64,000 bases of DNA from Eubacteriales bacterium. Its GTDB lineage: Bacteria > Bacillota > Clostridia > Oscillospirales > CAG-382. Made by a program: the position numbers and the translations under genes. The notes beneath the pieces are model-generated. The model saw nothing but the letters and a program-made list of their open reading frames with translations, did no database searches and was not told where the DNA came from. Every line of letters starts with the position of its first letter. Within the stretch, counting starts at the first letter, position 1. The stretch covers positions 730-64,729 of the forward strand of contig JAZSDL010000024.1 in the NCBI GenBank assembly GCA_045531135.1. Direction: 5' to 3'. Positions 60,488 through 64,000 of this stretch are shown one piece after another.

Positions 60488-61561
60488 ATGGATATTAACC
60501 TAAAAGAAAAATTACGTACATTAAGACAACAAAAGAATATTACTCAGGAAACACTTGCAAATTACCTTAAAATCACACCTCAGTCCGTCGGAAAATGGGA
60601 ACGCGGGGAGGGTTTTCCCGATATAACCATGTTGCCTAAAATTGCTTTTTATTTTGATATAACCGTTGATGAGCTGCTTGGTATTGACGAAATAAAAATA
60701 CAAGAGACTATTGATGAGTACCAAAAGCAAAGCAGAATATACCAACAAAACGGTGAAAATGAAAAGAATCTTGAGCTGTGGGAAAAAGCATTTTCCGAAT
60801 TTCCCAATAATCTTTTGGTTATGGAAAACCTTATGTTTGCCATAAATCGAGAGGGCGATTATCCTTGCCCGAAAGAAAAAGCAGACCGTATTATCGAATT
60901 AGGCGAAAAAATACTCGGAAGATCTACAGATTCGTTTCAACGAGAAAATACGATAGAATATTTATGCTACACTTACAGCGGAATTGATGAAGAAAAGGCG
61001 TTGAAGTACGCTAATATGAGCGGTACGATCTTTATCGGGCGCGAAACACTTAAAACCCACGTGTTAAGCGGGGAAGAAGGTGTAAAGGCGTGTCAAAGCT
61101 ATATTGCGACTGCAATTCATCATGCCGCAAGTACAACTCTTTTGATGCTTGGTAAGATACAGTTCTCGCCTAACGAAGAAATAGAGGCATATAGCTTTGC
61201 AATCGATATTCTCAAACGCCTCTATTCCGATGGTAATGTAGGGTTTTATGCATTCGATTTGTCGTATTATTATTTGCATATCGCTTGGCAATATGCAAAA
61301 TTGCAGGACAATAAAAATATGATAAAGGCATTACAAGAAAGCTGCAAATATGCTGTTATAGAAGCGAATCTTACCGACATGGATTATACTTCACCAATGG
61401 TTAACCGCTTGAAGCATCGTGTGGCAAATACCTCTAAAAATTACAAGGGTAATTCTTGTAATCTGCGCCTTGAAGCATTAAATGACAAAGCTTTTGATCC
61501 TATTCGTGATAATGCCGATTTCAAAGCTGTAATTGCCGAATTAAAAAAACACGCCGAATAG
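60488..61561 (+). CDS. XRE-family HTH transcriptional regulator with long helical-repeat (TPR-like) C-terminal domain
   Basis: N-terminal LRTLRQQKNITQETLANYLKITPQSVGKWERGEGFPDITMLPKIAFYFDITVDELLG is a canonical HTH_3. About 290 further residues are helical. ATG 60488 follows AAAGGTGGA. Confidence 0.85.
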   Translation: MDINLKEKLRTLRQQKNITQETLANYLKITPQSVGKWERGEGFPDITMLPKIAFYFDITVDELLGIDEIKIQETIDEYQKQSRIYQQNGENEKNLELWEKAFSEFPNNLLVMENLMFAINREGDYPCPKEKADRIIELGEKILGRSTDSFQRENTIEYLCYTYSGIDEEKALKYANMSGTIFIGRETLKTHVLSGEEGVKACQSYIATAIHHAASTTLLMLGKIQFSPNEEIEAYSFAIDILKRLYSDGNVGFYAFDLSYYYLHIAWQYAKLQDNKNMIKALQESCKYAVIEANLTDMDYTSPMVNRLKHRVANTSKNYKGNSCNLRLEALNDKAFDPIRDNADFKAVIAELKKHAE

Positions 61562-61566
61562 AAAAA

Positions 61567-61600
61567 CACCGCCGGAGTATATTTTCCTCGGCGTTTTTTT
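61567..61600 (+). terminator. Intrinsic terminator after the regulator gene
   Basis: cgccggag / cctcggcg stem followed by T7. Confidence 0.65.
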
Positions 61601-61681
61601 GTATTTAAGTTTGAACGCGACAAAATCTCCGTTTAAGCGTTTTTTCCGCTTTTGGAGTTATAGCTCGGCAAATAATGATAG

Positions 61682-61710
61682 TTGACAATATTTTCCGAAA
61701 GGTGTAATAT
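61682..61710 (+). promoter_or_regulatory. Promoter for the downstream GNAT gene
   Basis: TTGACA (61682-61687), 17 nt, TAATAT (61705-61710). Confidence 0.5.
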
Positions 61711-61768
61711 TAAGTCATACTCGAGAGTATTTAATGAAAAATATATTTCTCTATATAGAGGTATGAAA

Positions 61769-62233
61769 ATGAAATACGAATGGTTGGATTATTCGTCTGA
61801 ATTCAAGACGCTTGTTAATTCGTGGATCGATGATGAAGCGGCAAAGTTTACGGGCTGCGACGACGGATTTGATGAATTTTACGGTTATTGGATAAATGAG
61901 TCCGAAACAAAGTTGGGCGAGAATTTTTGGGCGAAAACAATCAACGAAAATGGCACGCCTGTTGGGGTTATAACGATTGGCTTATGGGAAGGCGTATTTA
62001 CCATATCGGAATTTATTATCCGACCCGATAAACGAGGCAAAGGCATTGGAACTACAGCACTTTCCGAATTGATTGTTAACGGCAAAGAGATTCTCGGAAT
62101 AGAAATTGAAAAAGCAAGATCGGTAATATATCCGAACAATATCGCATCACAAAAGGCATTCGAAAAAGCAGGGTTCGTTTTTGGCTCTGCTCATCCTGAT
62201 GGCGATGCGTGGTATTATGAATATAGTCGTTAA
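61769..62233 (+). CDS. GNAT-family N-acetyltransferase
   Basis: FIIRPDKRGKGIGTTAL motif A. Start ATG 61769 (7 nt after AGAGG) or 61763. The listed start 61682 is the -35 box. Confidence 0.8.
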   Translation: MKYEWLDYSSEFKTLVNSWIDDEAAKFTGCDDGFDEFYGYWINESETKLGENFWAKTINENGTPVGVITIGLWEGVFTISEFIIRPDKRGKGIGTTALSELIVNGKEILGIEIEKARSVIYPNNIASQKAFEKAGFVFGSAHPDGDAWYYEYSR

Positions 62234-62235
62234 TC

Positions 62236-62270
62236 AACTAAACCCCGAGGAAAATCCTCGGGGTTTAGTT
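62236..62270 (+). terminator. Perfect 15-bp hairpin after the GNAT gene
   Basis: aactaaaccccgagg aaaat cctcggggtttagtt. Confidence 0.7.
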
Positions 62271-62314
62271 TAATTGCATCTGATTGATAGTCAAAATATT
62301 CACACAATAATGTG

Positions 62315-62343
62315 TTGAATATCATTATTTGATATGTTACAAT
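62315..62343 (+). promoter_or_regulatory. Promoter with extended -10 for the small lipoprotein gene
   Basis: TTGAAT (62315-62320), 17 nt, TGtTACAAT (62335-62343). Confidence 0.55.
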
Positions 62344-62365
62344 ATATAAAAGGAGGGGACTGAAA

Positions 62366-62826
62366 ATGTAAAGGATTTTCGCTTTGATACTATCAATTTG
62401 CGTATGTTTTCTTTGTGCTTGTAACGATAGCGGGGAACTATCGGATACCGATTCCGCAAGCAATTCATTATCTGTAAACGATTATGAAATTACTTCATAT
62501 TCCGACATTTACGAATTCAACTATCACACCCTTTCTGATTATACTGCGGATGAAAGCTTGATCAAAAAGTATAAAACGGCGAGTGATAAAATCACAAAAA
62601 ACTTTTAAGCGCAGCGGTGGCTTGGAAAAACGTCATCAGCGACGATTACTTTGAAAGTACTTATGTGGAAAAGAATATCCTTTCGTTTGAATTAGGGGAT
62701 GTATTCGTTCATGATTATTATATAGACTACCAAAACTACGATGATACCTATCAGCCCTGCTACACATTTATTTGCTCGGCAAAGAACGGCAGTTCGTTGT
62801 TTGTTGATACGACCCGCGCATCATAA
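62366..62826 (+). pseudogene. Small lipoprotein gene disrupted by a stop at codon 2 and a frameshift in an A6 run
   Basis: AGGAGG, 9 nt, then ATG TAA AGG ATT TTC GCT TTG... in frame with ORF 62384-62608, so M*RIFALILSICVCFLCAC (lipobox). ORF 62617-62826 continues in another frame. One extra A in the A6 run at 62596-62601 would join them. Confidence 0.55.
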
Positions 62827-62854
62827 AAAATACGAGATGCGATTATTACATTCC

Positions 62855-62883
62855 TTGACAAAAGTATCAAGCAGTGGTAATAT
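62855..62883 (+). promoter_or_regulatory. Promoter for thyA-folA
   Basis: TTGACA (62855-62860), 17 nt, TAATAT (62878-62883). Confidence 0.55.
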
Positions 62884-62918
62884 TAAATAAGAAATTGTGA
62901 AAGTGAGGAATAGAAATA

Positions 62919-63749
62919 ATGAGTTCGGCAGACAGAGCATTTATAGAAACCTGTAAAGATATTATTGCAAACGGTACCGTAGTGCGTGATGAGCGTGTCC
63001 GTCCGCATTGGGAGGATGGAGAGCCCGCATATACCATAAAAAAATTCGGTGTCGTAAACAGATACGATCTCAGCAAGGAATTTCCGCTTCTCACTATCCG
63101 ACCCATTTCTTTGGAAAAAGCGGTGGACGAAATTCTTTGGATATGGCAAAAAAAGTCCAATAACGTCAACGATCTCAACAGTAAGATCTGGGATGCGTGG
63201 GCAGATGAAAGCGGTTCTATCGGCAAGGCCTACGGTTATCAGATGAGCGTTAAGCACAAATACCGCGAGGGCGAGTTCGATATGGTTGACCGTGTTTTGT
63301 ACGATCTTAAAAATAACCCTTGCTCGCGTCGTATTATGACAAATATGTATAACTTTTCAGACCTTTCTGAAATGGCGTTGTATCCTTGTGCTTATTCGAT
63401 GACCTTTAATGTTGTTGACAATAAGCTTTGCGCAATTCTTAATCAGCGTTCACAAGATATGCTTGCCGCAAATGCATGGAACGTTGCACAGTATGCGGCG
63501 CTCGTTATGATGCTTGCTCAGGCATCCGGACTACAGTACGGCGAGCTCGTTCACGTTATCGCCGATGCACATATCTACGACAGACATATTCCGATCGTAG
63601 AGGAATTGATAAAGCGCGAGGAGTATCCTGCACCAAAGGTAACGCTCGATCCGACCATTACCGATTTTTATCAGTTCGCTCCCGAAAGCTTCAAGGTTGA
63701 AAATTATGTACACGGTGAAAAAATCGGCAGATTTCCCGTTGCGGTATAA
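62919..63749 (+). CDS. thyA: Thymidylate synthase (ThyA type)
   Basis: CSRRIM, ALYPCAYS (catalytic Cys) and NQRSQD blocks. 276 aa. Confidence 0.95.
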   Translation: MSSADRAFIETCKDIIANGTVVRDERVRPHWEDGEPAYTIKKFGVVNRYDLSKEFPLLTIRPISLEKAVDEILWIWQKKSNNVNDLNSKIWDAWADESGSIGKAYGYQMSVKHKYREGEFDMVDRVLYDLKNNPCSRRIMTNMYNFSDLSEMALYPCAYSMTFNVVDNKLCAILNQRSQDMLAANAWNVAQYAALVMMLAQASGLQYGELVHVIADAHIYDRHIPIVEELIKREEYPAPKVTLDPTITDFYQFAPESFKVENYVHGEKIGRFPVAV

Positions 63750-63758
63750 GGTGATTTG

Positions 63759-64000
63759 ATGAAACTTGTTGTAGCAGTTGATAAGAATTGGGGAATAGGC
63801 AACAAAGGCGAGCTGCTTGCCCGCGTTCGCGCCGATTTGAGATATTTCCAGTCACTCACAAAGGGTAATACCGTTATTCTCGGCTCTAAAACGCTTGCTA
63901 CCTTTCCAGGCGGCAGGGTTTTAAAGGACAGAACTAATTTCGTTTTGTCACGCAATCCCGATTATTCTCCCGAGGGTGCCGTTATGGCACGCTCGATCGA
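63759..64000 (+). CDS. folA: Dihydrofolate reductase, 3' end cut by window edge
   Basis: My translation from ATG 63759: MKLVVAVDKNWGIGNKGELLARVRADLRYFQSLTKGNTVILGSKTLATFPGG..., a canonical DHFR N-terminus. Open to the window end, so absent from the ORF track. Confidence 0.85.
   Translation, partial: MKLVVAVDKNWGIGNKGELLARVRADLRYFQSLTKGNTVILGSKTLATFPGGRVLKDRTNFVLSRNPDYSPEGAVMARSI

Noticed and set aside
61734-61766. 10-codon mini-ORF (MKNIFLYIEV) in the leader of the GNAT gene, considered as a leader peptide or signalling peptide for the XRE-TPR regulator
   Set aside because: It has only a weak GAGAG SD, is too short and lacks export or processing features. Its stop overlapping a possible GNAT start codon could be coincidence. 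It cannot be supported without conservation data.

Overview
64-kb chromosomal window, almost fully coding, from what looks like a Clostridia-class Firmicute. That assignment is an inference from gene content: meso-DAP dehydrogenase, PyrK/PyrD-B, split PurO + AICARFT-only PurH, single-chain PurL, a cell-wall-binding-repeat surface protein, AGGAGG Shine-Dalgarno sites and many TTGACA-17-TATAAT promoters. Layout, left to right: (1) a 5'-truncated giant surface protein with 207/210-bp tandem repeats, then a mixed envelope/redox block (membrane PTP-SGNH fusion, Wzx flippase, orphan ATPase, trxA, SOR-BFD fusion, SASA esterase, GT2). (2) pckA, a small DUF3006-like ORF, GtrA and ddh. (3) A pyrimidine operon, pyrC-carB-pyrK-pyrD-pyrF-pyrE-pyrB, with no carA and with pyrB carrying a PyrI zinc-domain tail. 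(4) A ~14-kb purine/one-carbon operon, purE-C-F-M-N-purO-purH-purD-purL-fhs-EEP, behind a consensus promoter and a ZTP (pfl) riboswitch with a terminator expression platform. (5) A dcw cluster, mraZ-rsmH-ftsL-pbp-murF-mraY-ftsW-murG-ftsQ-ftsZ, with phased 10-nt repeats upstream of mraZ. (6) A minus-strand block: an MNT-HEPN pair translationally coupled to a P-loop kinase-like protein with an odd C-terminal domain, then GNAT, glyA and an orphan solute-binding lipoprotein. (7) phoH-ybeY-era-recO-mutS2. (8) A visibly AT-richer islet (XRE-TPR regulator, GNAT, broken lipoprotein gene). (9) thyA and the start of folA. I saw no rRNA, tRNA, CRISPR array, transposase or integrase. The best candidate for an undescribed system is the three-gene MNT-HEPN-kinase/ParB-like operon (49888-51434). 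Other notable items are a PurF lacking its Cys1 nucleophile, the PyrB-PyrI(Zn) fusion, the SOR-BFD fusion, the PTP-SGNH fusion and the ZTP riboswitch. All calls come from reading the sequence and the ORF translations by eye; no searches were run.
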